A stretch of 64,000 bases of DNA from a virus (lineage: Duplodnaviria; Heunggongvirae; Uroviricota; Caudoviricetes): IMG/VR virus record IMGVR_UViG_3300001688_000696; one strand, written 5' to 3'. Every line of letters starts with the position of its first letter. Position 1 is the first letter of the stretch. Below, piece by piece: positions 1 through 9,403 of this stretch. A model generated the notes under the pieces. That model was not told the DNA's origin. It did no database searches and saw nothing but the letters and a program-made list of their open reading frames with translations. The translations under genes were made by a program, and so were the position numbers.

Positions 1-1318
1 CTTCCACCGCATGTTCGCGCAGCTTCATCATCGAGAATGGGTCTTGCGCCACACGGCTGTCAAGCTGGCCGGTCAGGTCAACGCCCAGCAAACGTTCTTC
101 TTCGCAGTTTTTCTTCCATTCGGGGCGTAGACCGGGGAAATATGTGGCGGTCGCCTGAATTGTACCGATGATGGTGGCGACTTCAACTTTCTCCATCAGG
201 CTTTCCAACGTGTCATCCGCACGAGCAACGGCAATTGACAGGTTGCAAAACTGCATGGGACGCAGCGAGATTTCACCGCATGGATTGCTGCCGAATTGTG
301 CGAAAGCCCGTCGTTCCGGTTTATTGAGGTTTGCAGCACGGCGATTGAAAATGCCCGGTTCACCGCGCCCGCTGGTATCCATATCTCGCATGAATTGTGC
401 GATTTCTTCGTAGGTCAGACGGCGGTCAGGCCACACCAACGAGATATTGGCATTCCAGCGATACCAGTGTTCGGTTTCAAAATCTCCGGTTTTTGCTTTG
501 CGGATGGCTTCGTCGTAAAAATCACCCAGCGCAATCATCGCTGTACGGCGAGTTCCGCCCTGCACCGCAGCATTACCGACCACGCACATCAAGTCCAGTG
601 CGTCCAGCGAGCTGAGTTTGCGCCCCTGATTTTCCAAAATCTTTTTGCGGGCGAAGTCCAACATGAAGCGCAGCGGTTCGGGGCCGCTGGCACGTCCACC
701 TTTGGTTTTCAACACCGCACCAGCCGGGCGAATGAGAGAATAATCGAACTCCACATCCTCGCCGTTCACCCACGTGTTCAAACCGAAGCGCAGTGCATCC
801 GCCCAACCCTCAGCGGTATCTTCGATGACATAAACGGGGTGCTTCACGCTGGTTTGTTCCTTGATGGTCGGAAGCTGGTTGACGTAGCGACGTTCTACGC
901 TAAAGCCCACGCCGCAGCCGTTCATGCTGATAATCAACGCTTCTACGAAGGCGTCCAGGCTGTCTACCGGCACGTAGGAACAGTTGTAAATGGCAATATT
1001 GTTCCGCCGTGCCGCTTCGCCGGCCATAGCCAGCAGACGCATCGAGGGCATCGCCTTCATGTGCAAAATAAATTCACGGATTCGGGCATAATCTGATTCC
1101 GGGAGACGATTTTGCGACAGCTCCCGCAGGTAAGAAACCGCCCGGTCAACCGTCTCTACCCACGTCTCACGGCGACCCTTCTCGTGGTCAAAACGGGAAT
1201 ACTTGTCGTAGAACTGGAACATCTGAAGTGGGGTGGTAAAGTATTTGGCAGCCTCGTCAAATGCTTCACGCACATCCTTTGGAACGAACATTAACCGAAA
1301 ATTGCTTGCGAAATCCAT
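1..1318 (-). CDS. nrdJ: Adenosylcobalamin-dependent (class II, monomeric RTPR-type) ribonucleotide reductase, 3'-truncated by window edge
   Basis: Absent from the ORF track. Manual translation from ATG 1318 (SD GGAGGT) gives MDFASNF...DKYSRFDHEKGRRETWVETVDR...MPSMRLL...YNCSY...GCGVGFSVE...GSNPCGEISLRPMQFCNL, with the NPCGEI thiyl-radical motif. Confidence 0.9.
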   Translation of the reverse strand, partial: MDFASNFRLMFVPKDVREAFDEAAKYFTTPLQMFQFYDKYSRFDHEKGRRETWVETVDRAVSYLRELSQNRLPESDYARIREFILHMKAMPSMRLLAMAGEAARRNNIAIYNCSYVPVDSLDAFVEALIISMNGCGVGFSVERRYVNQLPTIKEQTSVKHPVYVIEDTAEGWADALRFGLNTWVNGEDVEFDYSLIRPAGAVLKTKGGRASGPEPLRFMLDFARKKILENQGRKLSSLDALDLMCVVGNAAVQGGTRRTAMIALGDFYDEAIRKAKTGDFETEHWYRWNANISLVWPDRRLTYEEIAQFMRDMDTSGRGEPGIFNRRAANLNKPERRAFAQFGSNPCGEISLRPMQFCNLSIAVARADDTLESLMEKVEVATIIGTIQATATYFPGLRPEWKKNCEEERLLGVDLTGQLDSRVAQDPFSMMKLREHAVE

Positions 1319-1552
1319 TCTAAAATACCTCCACCGAGTGATAATTTGAATTTAAGGACACTAAATTAGCCTTCTCAAAATGGTTTCTAGAAGGGTGTTT
1401 AGTTGTTTGTGTGCTGTTTTTTACCTTATCCAATAGGGGTAAAGATATGACAGATACGGCGCTAAATTAGCATTTTTTGCAAGTTATCCTTTCGGAAGAA
1501 AGCACCGTAGAATATCACGTCTTGGATATGACGAACGACCGTTTCAAAACGC

Positions 1553-1589
1553 AAAAAGGCGGCTTACCATTTGTGCAAGCCGCCTTTTT
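1553..1589. terminator. Bidirectional intrinsic terminator
   Basis: aaaaaggcggctt-loop-aagccgccttttt. Confidence 0.75.
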
Positions 1590-1611
1590 GTTTAGTTTAT
1601 TCGCTGAATGG

Positions 1612-2841
1612 CTACAACAGCGTCAAAATCGAGTTCCAGAAGGCACCACCATCATCGGCATTTGGATTGCCTTTATCCAATGATTGAGCCTGATTTGGAG
1701 AGAACTTTTTCCCCAACGCCTTAGCCGACAGTTCCATCAAGCCGAGGCTTTTAGCAATTTGGTTAATCAATTCCCGGCTTTGGCCGTCAATCGTGCATAG
1801 GTGGTGTGCATGGTACAGGCAGTAGGGGTTTCCGCCAGCCATGACGAGCTGACTACCGATGGAAGCTGCCAATAATAGTTCGTCCTGCGGGGCAGTTTCT
1901 AAAAGCGCCTGCTCAATTTCATAACGCGCCGACCAGTAGTAGTACGGGTGTATCAAATAGCGAACTGCCATATCTTTCTTATGTTGGATTGGCGCAGAGA
2001 TATACAGTCCGTGGACATGGGGTTGGGCATGGATAACATTCAAAAGGTAAGTGGCGTCCGTAATCCCTGAATAGGGTTCGCAATCGAAGTTATATCCCAT
2101 ATGCCGTTCCCGGCAAATTTTGCAGTTCATCGGCATGGTCGGGTTGTCCCGGTAGGGACACATGTTGTACTGGATGACCGGCGAAATATAAAACGTGCGA
2201 GGCTTTACAGTGACGGTTGTCATTATGGCCTTCATCTCCGCCAGCTCATTTACGGCGTTGTCAAAAATCTGTTTTGAAGGATGGCTGTCAATGTCCTTCG
2301 TGATATTCAACTTTACTCGGATGAGATTGTTTTCGATGGATGAAAAATTGAGACCATCCATCAAAACAAACACACGGTAGTTCCCCTTCAATTCTTCCCG
2401 AATGTACTTCGCTGCCCCCGCCGTTTCATCAGCCAGCATATACAGCGTAGCGTCCTGGCTGATGACCATCGCATCCTCTAGACCGGAATACAGGTTGGTG
2501 TAAACCCGAAAGTCGTATTTTCCGGTTGCCGGGAAGAAAGCAAACACGGCGGTGTTGGTAATCACGGCTGGAATGCGGTAGTTCGGTGGAGAAAGAACCA
2601 TCTGCGAGCCATCGACGCCAAGGATGACCGTGTTAGCAGGAAATTCCTTGCAGATGGTCTTTAAATCCAAATGCGAAACCAACGGGTAGCCTTCCACCAG
2701 CGGGGCGATGTCCCGGTAAAAGTCCGAGATTTCTTCCGGGGTCGGCATTTCCAGCTTGTCAGCCGGAATTTCCAGCAGTTCGCTGTTTGTATCGGCGGTC
2801 AACGCCTTCATTTGTTTGATAAGCTCTGATTGGTTAATCAT
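1612..2841 (-). CDS. nurA: NurA-family 5'-3' nuclease
   Basis: ILGVDGSQ, VLMDGL and GNPYCLYHAHHLCTI motifs, plus a Cys-rich insert. ATG 2841 overlaps the stop of the upstream MTase. Confidence 0.8.
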   Translation of the reverse strand: MINQSELIKQMKALTADTNSELLEIPADKLEMPTPEEISDFYRDIAPLVEGYPLVSHLDLKTICKEFPANTVILGVDGSQMVLSPPNYRIPAVITNTAVFAFFPATGKYDFRVYTNLYSGLEDAMVISQDATLYMLADETAGAAKYIREELKGNYRVFVLMDGLNFSSIENNLIRVKLNITKDIDSHPSKQIFDNAVNELAEMKAIMTTVTVKPRTFYISPVIQYNMCPYRDNPTMPMNCKICRERHMGYNFDCEPYSGITDATYLLNVIHAQPHVHGLYISAPIQHKKDMAVRYLIHPYYYWSARYEIEQALLETAPQDELLLAASIGSQLVMAGGNPYCLYHAHHLCTIDGQSRELINQIAKSLGLMELSAKALGKKFSPNQAQSLDKGNPNADDGGAFWNSILTLL

Positions 2842-3709
2842 GATTCTTTCCGTTCCTCGCAAAAGCATTGACAATCATGGCGATACGGGGATTTGAGAGG
2901 TCGCCGTTTAAATAAGCCCAAATTTCATCATCTGAATGAATAATTGGTTCGACTTCTTCCAGACGGCGGGAAGCCAGCTCAAAATAAATCTGTTCCTTCT
3001 CAATACCGATAATCTTCCGGTTAAGAAGTCTTGCGGCAACCCCTGTTGTCCCCGTCCCGAAAAACGGGTCGAGAACGACATCTCCCGGCTTAGACGATAC
3101 AACTAAAGCCCGAATCAATAGACTGATGGGCTTCTGCGTGGAATGAATCGAATTGCCGTTTTCGTCTCGCAGACGTTCTTTCCCGGCGCAAATCGGCAGA
3201 TACCAGTCGCTCCGCAACTGCTTGCCACCGTTCAAAACCTTCACTAGTTTGTAATTGACAAACCGGAAGTTATCTTTTTTATCCCGGCTTTTTTGCGCCC
3301 AAATCAAATCTTCGTGGGCGTTGGTCAGGCGTGTGCCGCGAAAGTTTGGGGTTGGATTTGTCTTAATCCAGTTGACGTGGTTCAAAATCCAGTACCCGAT
3401 GTCCTGCATCGCCTTTCCGATACGAAAAATATTGTGATAGCTTCCCATCACCCAAATCGTCCCGCCCGGTTTGATAAGCCGCCGCGCCTTTCTCAACCAT
3501 TGAACGGTGAACTCATCATAAGAGGCAAACGATTCGTACTTGTCCCACTGTTCCACCACCCCATCGTAGGTGCTTCCATCGGGGCGAGTAAGCTGCTCGC
3601 CCAATTGCATGTTGTAAGGCGGGTCAGCGAAGATAACGTCCACACTGTTTTCTGGAATTGCGTCAAGTACATCTAAAGAGTCATTTTTGAAGAGGGTGAC
3701 TTCTTGCAT
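2834..3709 (-). CDS. CcrM/M.HinfI-like beta-class N6-adenine DNA methyltransferase
   Basis: IFADPPYNMQL, GSYHNIFRIG, KTNPTPNFRGTRLTNAHEDLIW, HSTQKP and DPFFGTGTT closely match CcrM-type (GANTC) MTases. Confidence 0.85.
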   Translation of the reverse strand: MQEVTLFKNDSLDVLDAIPENSVDVIFADPPYNMQLGEQLTRPDGSTYDGVVEQWDKYESFASYDEFTVQWLRKARRLIKPGGTIWVMGSYHNIFRIGKAMQDIGYWILNHVNWIKTNPTPNFRGTRLTNAHEDLIWAQKSRDKKDNFRFVNYKLVKVLNGGKQLRSDWYLPICAGKERLRDENGNSIHSTQKPISLLIRALVVSSKPGDVVLDPFFGTGTTGVAARLLNRKIIGIEKEQIYFELASRRLEEVEPIIHSDDEIWAYLNGDLSNPRIAMIVNAFARNGKNHD

Positions 3710-3790
3710 TATTCACCTGTAATTGTGAATTGGTATTTTTATGATAGCAGGTGAATTAGTCTAATTAGTATAATGGGAGTTTGTTGTCTG

Positions 3791-4154
3791 ATGATTAAAA
3801 ACACAACCAATCACAATTCTTATCGGAAAAGTTTGTGCCAGCAGTTAGCTATTGCTCTACGCTTTCTGGCAACGCAGGAAAAAATGACCAAAGAAACGGT
3901 TGACGTGGTGGCATTCATGACCTGCACGCTAAAAGAAATTAACAAAAGCGTAAATGAAGTTTTACAATACGCAATTGACCACCATCCTCGAAAGCAAAAA
4001 CACAGACAATTTGCCTTTGGTGATGGCATCACTTGGACAAGCTCTGACCAAAAATGGGATTGAACTTCCAAAGAAACAGCTAAAAACGAAGCTATGGGAA
4101 GGCGCTTACAAACAGTGGCTTTCAAAACATGCGCCGAAACAGCCGGGAAAGTGA
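3791..4154 (+). pseudogene. Two overlapping short ORFs (3791-4063, 3954-4154), possibly one frameshifted gene
   Basis: Promoter-like TTAGTATAAT upstream. The first half reads as protein in one frame and the second half (…KLWEGAYKQW) in another. Confidence 0.3.
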
Positions 4155-4244
4155 AAAAAACGTTCCCCAAACCCATAAATGCCGTTTTTTCGTTGCTATC
4201 ATATTTCGTAGAACGGTAATTTCAATTGGAGGAACGATTTCAAA

Positions 4245-5381
4245 ATGGCAAAGGCAAAAACAACAAATCCAACCCCTGAAACATCTGCTTTGACCCCTAC
4301 TGCTGGTGGTCTTTCCCCTGAAAAGATGAAGCTGTTACAACAGGCTCTTTCAGCCGTTGAGAAGAAGCACGGCACGGGTTCGGTAATGTTTTTTGGGTCG
4401 AAAGCTCAAGCTAAGATAGACACCGTTTCGACCGGTTCGCTCGGGCTTGACCTCGCTGTAGGGGTTGGTGGTTTTCCACGTGGTCGTATTTCAGAAATCT
4501 ACGGCCCTGAATCCTCTGGTAAGACGACGATTTGTTTGCTCGCGGTAGCCGATGCACAGCGTCAGGGGCTTGCGGCTTTGTACATCGATACCGAACACGC
4601 CCTTGACCCGGCCTATGCCCGGAAGTTGGGCGTTGACCTCGATTCGATGCTGATTGCCCAGCCAGACAGCGGCGAGGAAGCACTCGATATTGCCCAAACA
4701 TTTATCGAGATGGGCGCAGTCGGCATTGTAATTGTCGATTCGGTTGCGACCCTCGTCCCGAAGGCAGAAATCGAAAAGGATACCGGTGAATCCAGCATGG
4801 GTGTTCAGGCTCGTATGATGAGCCAGGCCATGCGGAAGCTGAGCGCCCCGGTAAGCAAGATGAATGTGGCGCTTGTCTTTACGAACCAGATTCGCCAGAA
4901 GATTGGCGTAATGTTTGGCAACCCTGAAACGACCCCCGGTGGTATGGCACTGCGGTTTCACGCCTCGGTGCGTATGGAAATCCGCAAGATTCAGGAAGTC
5001 AAGGATGCCAGCGGCGAAAGCCTCGGCAGCCGTGTCCGGGTAAGGGTTGTAAAGAACAAAGTCGCCCCGCCCTTCCGCGTTTCCGAATTTAACATCTTGT
5101 ACGGCGCGGGTGTCGATAAGTATCAGGAAATCCTCGACCTGGGCGAAAAAACCGGCATCCTGAACAAGAAGGGTTCGTACATTTACGGCATTGATGGCGA
5201 CCGGGGCATCCAGGGTGCGAACAGCGCCAAAGCCTTCTTGAGCCAGCACCCGGAGATTGCCGAAGCTCTGGAAAAGCAAATCCGGGCGAAGTTCGCCGGT
5301 GGTGAGGCTGAGTTGGAAGAAGAAATCATCCCCAGTGAAGATGATGTCGCTCCCGATGGTATCAAACTGGACATCGAGTAA
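4245..5381 (+). CDS. recA: Recombinase RecA
   Basis: STGSLGLDLAVGVGGFPRGRISEIYGPESSGKTT, DSVATLVPKAEI, QARMMSQAMRKL, GNPETTPGG, KNKVAPPF. Extended -10 TGCTATCAT and SD GGAGG upstream. Confidence 0.98.
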   Translation: MAKAKTTNPTPETSALTPTAGGLSPEKMKLLQQALSAVEKKHGTGSVMFFGSKAQAKIDTVSTGSLGLDLAVGVGGFPRGRISEIYGPESSGKTTICLLAVADAQRQGLAALYIDTEHALDPAYARKLGVDLDSMLIAQPDSGEEALDIAQTFIEMGAVGIVIVDSVATLVPKAEIEKDTGESSMGVQARMMSQAMRKLSAPVSKMNVALVFTNQIRQKIGVMFGNPETTPGGMALRFHASVRMEIRKIQEVKDASGESLGSRVRVRVVKNKVAPPFRVSEFNILYGAGVDKYQEILDLGEKTGILNKKGSYIYGIDGDRGIQGANSAKAFLSQHPEIAEALEKQIRAKFAGGEAELEEEIIPSEDDVAPDGIKLDIE

Positions 5382-5408
5382 CCCGTAATCCACAAAGCAT
5401 TCTCTTTC

Positions 5409-5436
5409 AAAAAAGACCGATTGCTCGGTCTTTTTT
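5409..5436. terminator. Intrinsic terminator after recA
   Basis: aaaaaagaccga-ttgc-tcggtctttttt. Confidence 0.8.
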
Positions 5437-5467
5437 GATTCATGGGGACGCGTCTCGTCAGAGAAAT

Positions 5468-5629
5468 ATGAAAACGTCCCTGAAAGTTCTCCTTATCCTT
5501 TTTTTGATTTTGATTTTTGTTTTCGCTGGACTGGCACGTGTGGCTACCGGCATCGTTGACCCTATCCTTGTCCCAACCCCCTACCCTGCTGATATGCCAT
5601 ATCCCATGCTGTTTGAGGGGCTTGTATAG
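5468..5629 (+). CDS. Small membrane protein
   Basis: Hydrophobic N-terminal helix (VLLILFLILIFVFAGLA). Stop abuts the next ATG. Confidence 0.5.
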   Translation: MKTSLKVLLILFLILIFVFAGLARVATGIVDPILVPTPYPADMPYPMLFEGLV

Positions 5630-6469
5630 ATGTCAGCCCATGAGCGCAAAGAGTCAGCACTTCAGCCGCCATGTGCCTACCAGGGCGGAAAACAGAGGTT
5701 GGCTAAAGCCATTACCAGCATCATCCGTTTAGACAAACAATATTTTTATGACTTGTGCTGTGGCTCGGGAGCGGTTTCGCTGGCGTTCCGCAGCAAGGGT
5801 GTTTCTCCTGACCGGCTGGTGCTGGTGGACAAAAGCCCGTGGGGGTTATTCTGGCAGGAAATCGGCAGAGGGACGTTTTCCCTGAAGGAGTTCCGTTATC
5901 ACCTAGACCAGCTCCCGGCGAATATCGAACAAATCCCAACCTACCTGCGTACCCTTTCACAGACACTTGCGGAACCGGAGACCTGCGTTTACATCTACCT
6001 TTTATTGCAGTCCGGTAGTTTCGGCTCTAAGGCTATCTGGATTGATGGCGGGAGATGGCGTAACTGCACCTTCCGTTCTTATTGGAAGCCAACAGCGATT
6101 TCCAGCCGCCATTCCCCGGTCAATCCGATGATGCCAATGCCAGATACCCTTTATGAACGAGTATGCCGGATTGCAGAAGCTATGTACGGCTGTCAGGGTA
6201 TTTGGGGTGATGTCCGAGATGTTCAGATAAGCGAAAACAGTGTGGTCTACATTGACCCGCCCTATCAGGGTACGACAGCATACGGTTTCAATTTTGACGT
6301 ACTGGATTTTGTGAAATCGTTGAACGTCCGGGCATATGTATCCGAAGCCGTCCCGCTTTCACCGCAAGCTGTACAGGTTTCCGGCACACGGAGTAAAGGG
6401 GGTATTTCCGGGGTGCGCCAGACCGCCAATCAAGAATGGATTTCGTGTTTTAATGGGGACATTACCTGA
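5630..6469 (+). CDS. Dam-like (D12 class) N6-adenine DNA methyltransferase
   Basis: YQGGKQRLA, YDLCCGSGAV, VYIDPPY. Confidence 0.8.
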   Translation: MSAHERKESALQPPCAYQGGKQRLAKAITSIIRLDKQYFYDLCCGSGAVSLAFRSKGVSPDRLVLVDKSPWGLFWQEIGRGTFSLKEFRYHLDQLPANIEQIPTYLRTLSQTLAEPETCVYIYLLLQSGSFGSKAIWIDGGRWRNCTFRSYWKPTAISSRHSPVNPMMPMPDTLYERVCRIAEAMYGCQGIWGDVRDVQISENSVVYIDPPYQGTTAYGFNFDVLDFVKSLNVRAYVSEAVPLSPQAVQVSGTRSKGGISGVRQTANQEWISCFNGDIT

Positions 6470-6528
6470 GGCAAATGGCAGTTTGCTCGTCATATTATAA
6501 TAATTATACCATATTAATTGGATAGGCT

Positions 6529-7008
6529 ATGGACTGTCAAATCCATTTTACGCGGCTGGACAAAACGATTAAGGTATTGGGCGGGGTCAGGGCGTTGAAG
6601 CACAGAAATAAGCGTTTCAACGTTTTCAAGGAATGGAGTGACCTCAAAATCGACTCTCGATTACAAAAGGTCGTCCCATCTCGCAGCAATCATGGCTTTT
6701 TCACTTTCAACTATTCTGCCCCAAACTTGCTGGGGGATGAAACGCTGTCTTTCGTGACCAACGATAACGGGCGACATTTTTCCTGTACTGTGACCGGGCA
6801 GGATTATAAAACGTATGAACTAATCAAAGTGTGGGTTGTATTCAATCAGTATGGGGATATTCTCTTTGCGGTTCCGGCACCCGAAACGCCGCAGCGTTAC
6901 GAACTGCCGCCGCCAGAAGGGAGAATTACCATCAATATCGGCAGCGCATTGACCGATGCCATCCGAGATTTCCTTGTTCGTTATTCAATGGGAGATTACA
7001 CGTGTTGA
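6529..7008 (+). CDS. Hypothetical protein
   Basis: 159 aa ORF with own promoter motif upstream and terminator downstream. Confidence 0.65.
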   Translation: MDCQIHFTRLDKTIKVLGGVRALKHRNKRFNVFKEWSDLKIDSRLQKVVPSRSNHGFFTFNYSAPNLLGDETLSFVTNDNGRHFSCTVTGQDYKTYELIKVWVVFNQYGDILFAVPAPETPQRYELPPPEGRITINIGSALTDAIRDFLVRYSMGDYTC

Positions 7009-7012
7009 AACG

Positions 7013-7038
7013 AAAAAGGCTGCTTTCGCAGCCCTTTT
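7013..7038. terminator. Bidirectional terminator between convergent genes
   Basis: aaaaaggctgc-tttc-gcagcccttt. Confidence 0.7.
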
Positions 7039-7042
7039 CGTT

Positions 7043-7843
7043 TTAGAACGGTAACAAGTCAATTGGAAGCGGGGTCAGTATTTCAACCTCCCCATTCATC
7101 AGGACAACGGTCATTTCGTACTGTGCCGAAATGGAACCATCCACTGAAACCATTGTCCATGCGTCATTGTCCGGGTCTTTGAGCGTCAATTTGACCACCG
7201 GCGACCGGCTGAGAAATCCGAGTGGTTCAACAGCGATAACCATCCCATCCCGAAAACGAACACGTTTATCACTTCCCAATACGGGCTGTTCGTGCAGCGA
7301 AAAACCAACACCGTGACCGGCGTACTCATCGCTAACCCCAAAGCCATTTTCGCTCAGGTGTGCATTCATGACGTTGGTCATCATGGCGACCGTGTTCCCC
7401 GGCCGAAAACAATCAATCCCCTTCAGCGTAGCTTCATATGTGGTGCGCAGCAAGCGCAGGATTTCTGGGCTGACCTCCCCCACCGGGACAGTCACGGCAG
7501 CATCGGTAATTAGCCACTTGTAGTCAACACCACAGTCAATTTTCAGCACGTCCCCGTTTTGAAGAACGCGCTGGTTGGGGATGCCGTGAATGGCTTCTTC
7601 ATTCACAGACAGGTTGGTAACAGCGGGATACGGAAAATCTTCATCCATGATGTAGTCAAGAAATGCTGGGGATGCCCATTTGTGGTTTTCAATAATTTCC
7701 CTCGCCCGCATTTCTAAGTCCATGAGACACGCACCGGGCTTCGCCATCAAGGTAAGTTCCCTCAGCACCTCGGCATTAATTTTTCCGCTAACGCGCAGCA
7801 ATTCGATGTCTTTCGGCTTCTTTAGTTTTAGCTCGGCAATCAT
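7043..7843 (-). CDS. map: Methionine aminopeptidase type I
   Basis: SVNEEAIHGIP, DVLKIDCGV, ITDAAVT, YAGHGVGFSLHEQP, IAVEP, SAQYEMTV metal-ligand motifs. Confidence 0.92.
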   Translation of the reverse strand: MIAELKLKKPKDIELLRVSGKINAEVLRELTLMAKPGACLMDLEMRAREIIENHKWASPAFLDYIMDEDFPYPAVTNLSVNEEAIHGIPNQRVLQNGDVLKIDCGVDYKWLITDAAVTVPVGEVSPEILRLLRTTYEATLKGIDCFRPGNTVAMMTNVMNAHLSENGFGVSDEYAGHGVGFSLHEQPVLGSDKRVRFRDGMVIAVEPLGFLSRSPVVKLTLKDPDNDAWTMVSVDGSISAQYEMTVVLMNGEVEILTPLPIDLLPF

Positions 7844-7852
7844 GCATTCCCC

Positions 7853-9028
7853 CTAGAAGGTCAGAATGCGAAAAGCCTGTGCATCCGGTTTGCCATGATA
7901 CAGGGCGATATAAGCCTTCTGTGCTGGATTGACCTTCGACACAAGCATGGTTTCCGTCTTTGACTGGCTTCCAAACTCGGTTTTGCTGGTGGCAACGGTC
8001 TGGACGTTGAAGTTGCCAATCATTTGCTGGTATTCACGGTTGTTTTCGTTCAGGGCATACAGCGTAATCAGAGCGCATTCTGTCCCCGCCATCTGGAAGG
8101 CAGGCTCGGTTTTGACCGTGAAGGTCGTCTTTTCAAGCTGTTTGGCGACATAGTGCGGATTGTTGTGGTCGCCGTTGGTCAGCCAGTCCGAAATGGCTTT
8201 TAGGACATCCTGCGGCACGCCCTTCAGCTCCTTGCGGGACTTCAGGATAGAAAGCGCCGACTGAACCTTCGGACTTTTCACTTTCCCGGCTGCTTCCGGT
8301 TCCTCGTCAAATTCGGCGTTTTCATCCACGTAAGGGGCGGCTTTGCTGGCGAACGTACCCGCAGCGTCCGGTTCATCCTCACTGGCTTCATCAATCGAAA
8401 ACAGGTCATCATCGTCATCCGATTCGGATGCCGCTGCAAACGAGTCTGATGTGTGACCGGCAGGCGCTTCGTTTTCTGGATGACCGGTGGGTTCTTCGCC
8501 TTCTTCCGCTTCATCATCGCCATCATCCAGCGCAAAGATGTCCTCGCCCCAATCATCATCTACCGGGTTGAACGTCACCGGGGATGATTCTTTTTCGTCA
8601 TCGCCAGAACCGGACTTCTTCGCATCGGGAGAAATCGCATCAATGATGCTCTCAACACCGAATCCTTTACCCTGTTCATCCTCGTGGAAGTCCAGCACTT
8701 CCATCATCTTCGCCGTATTCAGCGCACGGGTTTCCCAGTCTTCGTTTTTGCCGAAATCGAATGGAACGACATCAACCAGCAGTTTCGTTTTTGCCGTCGG
8801 GCCTTGAATGCGCAGCCCGATGCCGTCACCAATCTCGATAAGAACCTGACTGAAGTCAGCAATGCCATCCCGCCAAACTCGCAGTTTCAAAGCCTTTTTG
8901 ATAACGTCCCAAAACATAAGCGATGTTTCGTTGCTGAAGCGGGTGCGCGGCTTTTTTACTTTTGTCTGCCATTCCAACAGTTCTTGGGGGTTGGTCGGGG
9001 GAATCAAAGTCTCTTGCTCATCCGTCAT
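7853..9028 (-). CDS. Hypothetical protein with long acidic linker
   Basis: ATG 9028 with SD AAGAGG. D/E-rich middle segment flanked by globular-looking domains. Confidence 0.7.
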   Translation of the reverse strand: MTDEQETLIPPTNPQELLEWQTKVKKPRTRFSNETSLMFWDVIKKALKLRVWRDGIADFSQVLIEIGDGIGLRIQGPTAKTKLLVDVVPFDFGKNEDWETRALNTAKMMEVLDFHEDEQGKGFGVESIIDAISPDAKKSGSGDDEKESSPVTFNPVDDDWGEDIFALDDGDDEAEEGEEPTGHPENEAPAGHTSDSFAAASESDDDDDLFSIDEASEDEPDAAGTFASKAAPYVDENAEFDEEPEAAGKVKSPKVQSALSILKSRKELKGVPQDVLKAISDWLTNGDHNNPHYVAKQLEKTTFTVKTEPAFQMAGTECALITLYALNENNREYQQMIGNFNVQTVATSKTEFGSQSKTETMLVSKVNPAQKAYIALYHGKPDAQAFRILTF

Positions 9029-9122
9029 AAATAACCTCTTTAGACATAATTGTTGGTTATTTCCATGACGGGTTTTCAGACGGGTTCGCAAAAAGCCCTC
9101 TACCTACTGCTATCATATAAGT

Positions 9123-9319
9123 AACACAGCACCTTTATTCATCCGGCAGAACCACAAGCAATCAAAATCACTTATCTGACCTTCGCCGGTGAATATCCAA
9201 TCAACCCGGTTTCCAATGACCGGCTTCAGGGTACTATCATGCGCCAGAACCTAAACTTTTCCCGTCTGATTGGCACGGTAGCTGTGCTGATGAAAAAGGG
9301 AGACCACCGTCTCCCTTTT
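9123..9319 (+). ncRNA. Candidate stand-alone structured RNA (6S-like architecture)
   Basis: Extended -10 TGCTATCAT at 9108-9116. Ends pair (cacagcacc 9125-33 with ggtagctgtg 9277-86), with an apical stem gccggt/accggc and an unpaired central region. Terminator gggagac/gtctccc at 9298-9319. No convincing ORF. Confidence 0.4.
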
Positions 9320-9403
9320 CGTTTTTGTACGGTTTTGACCTACATTCCTGAGTTTTCGTCATATTATTAGTATAATTTTTATAAAAAGATTGCGAGGTGC
9401 GAG

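Noticed and set aside
296-1096. 266-aa + strand ORF (and similar long ORFs 4491-5393, 25820-26545, 34107-34994, 38964-39824, 42006-42668)
   Set aside because: Antisense shadows of well-supported genes on the opposite strand; no motifs or SD.
1355-1471. Near-palindromic CTAAATTAGC motif upstream of nrdJ as an NrdR box
   Set aside because: Does not match the NrdR consensus; only two or three loose copies.
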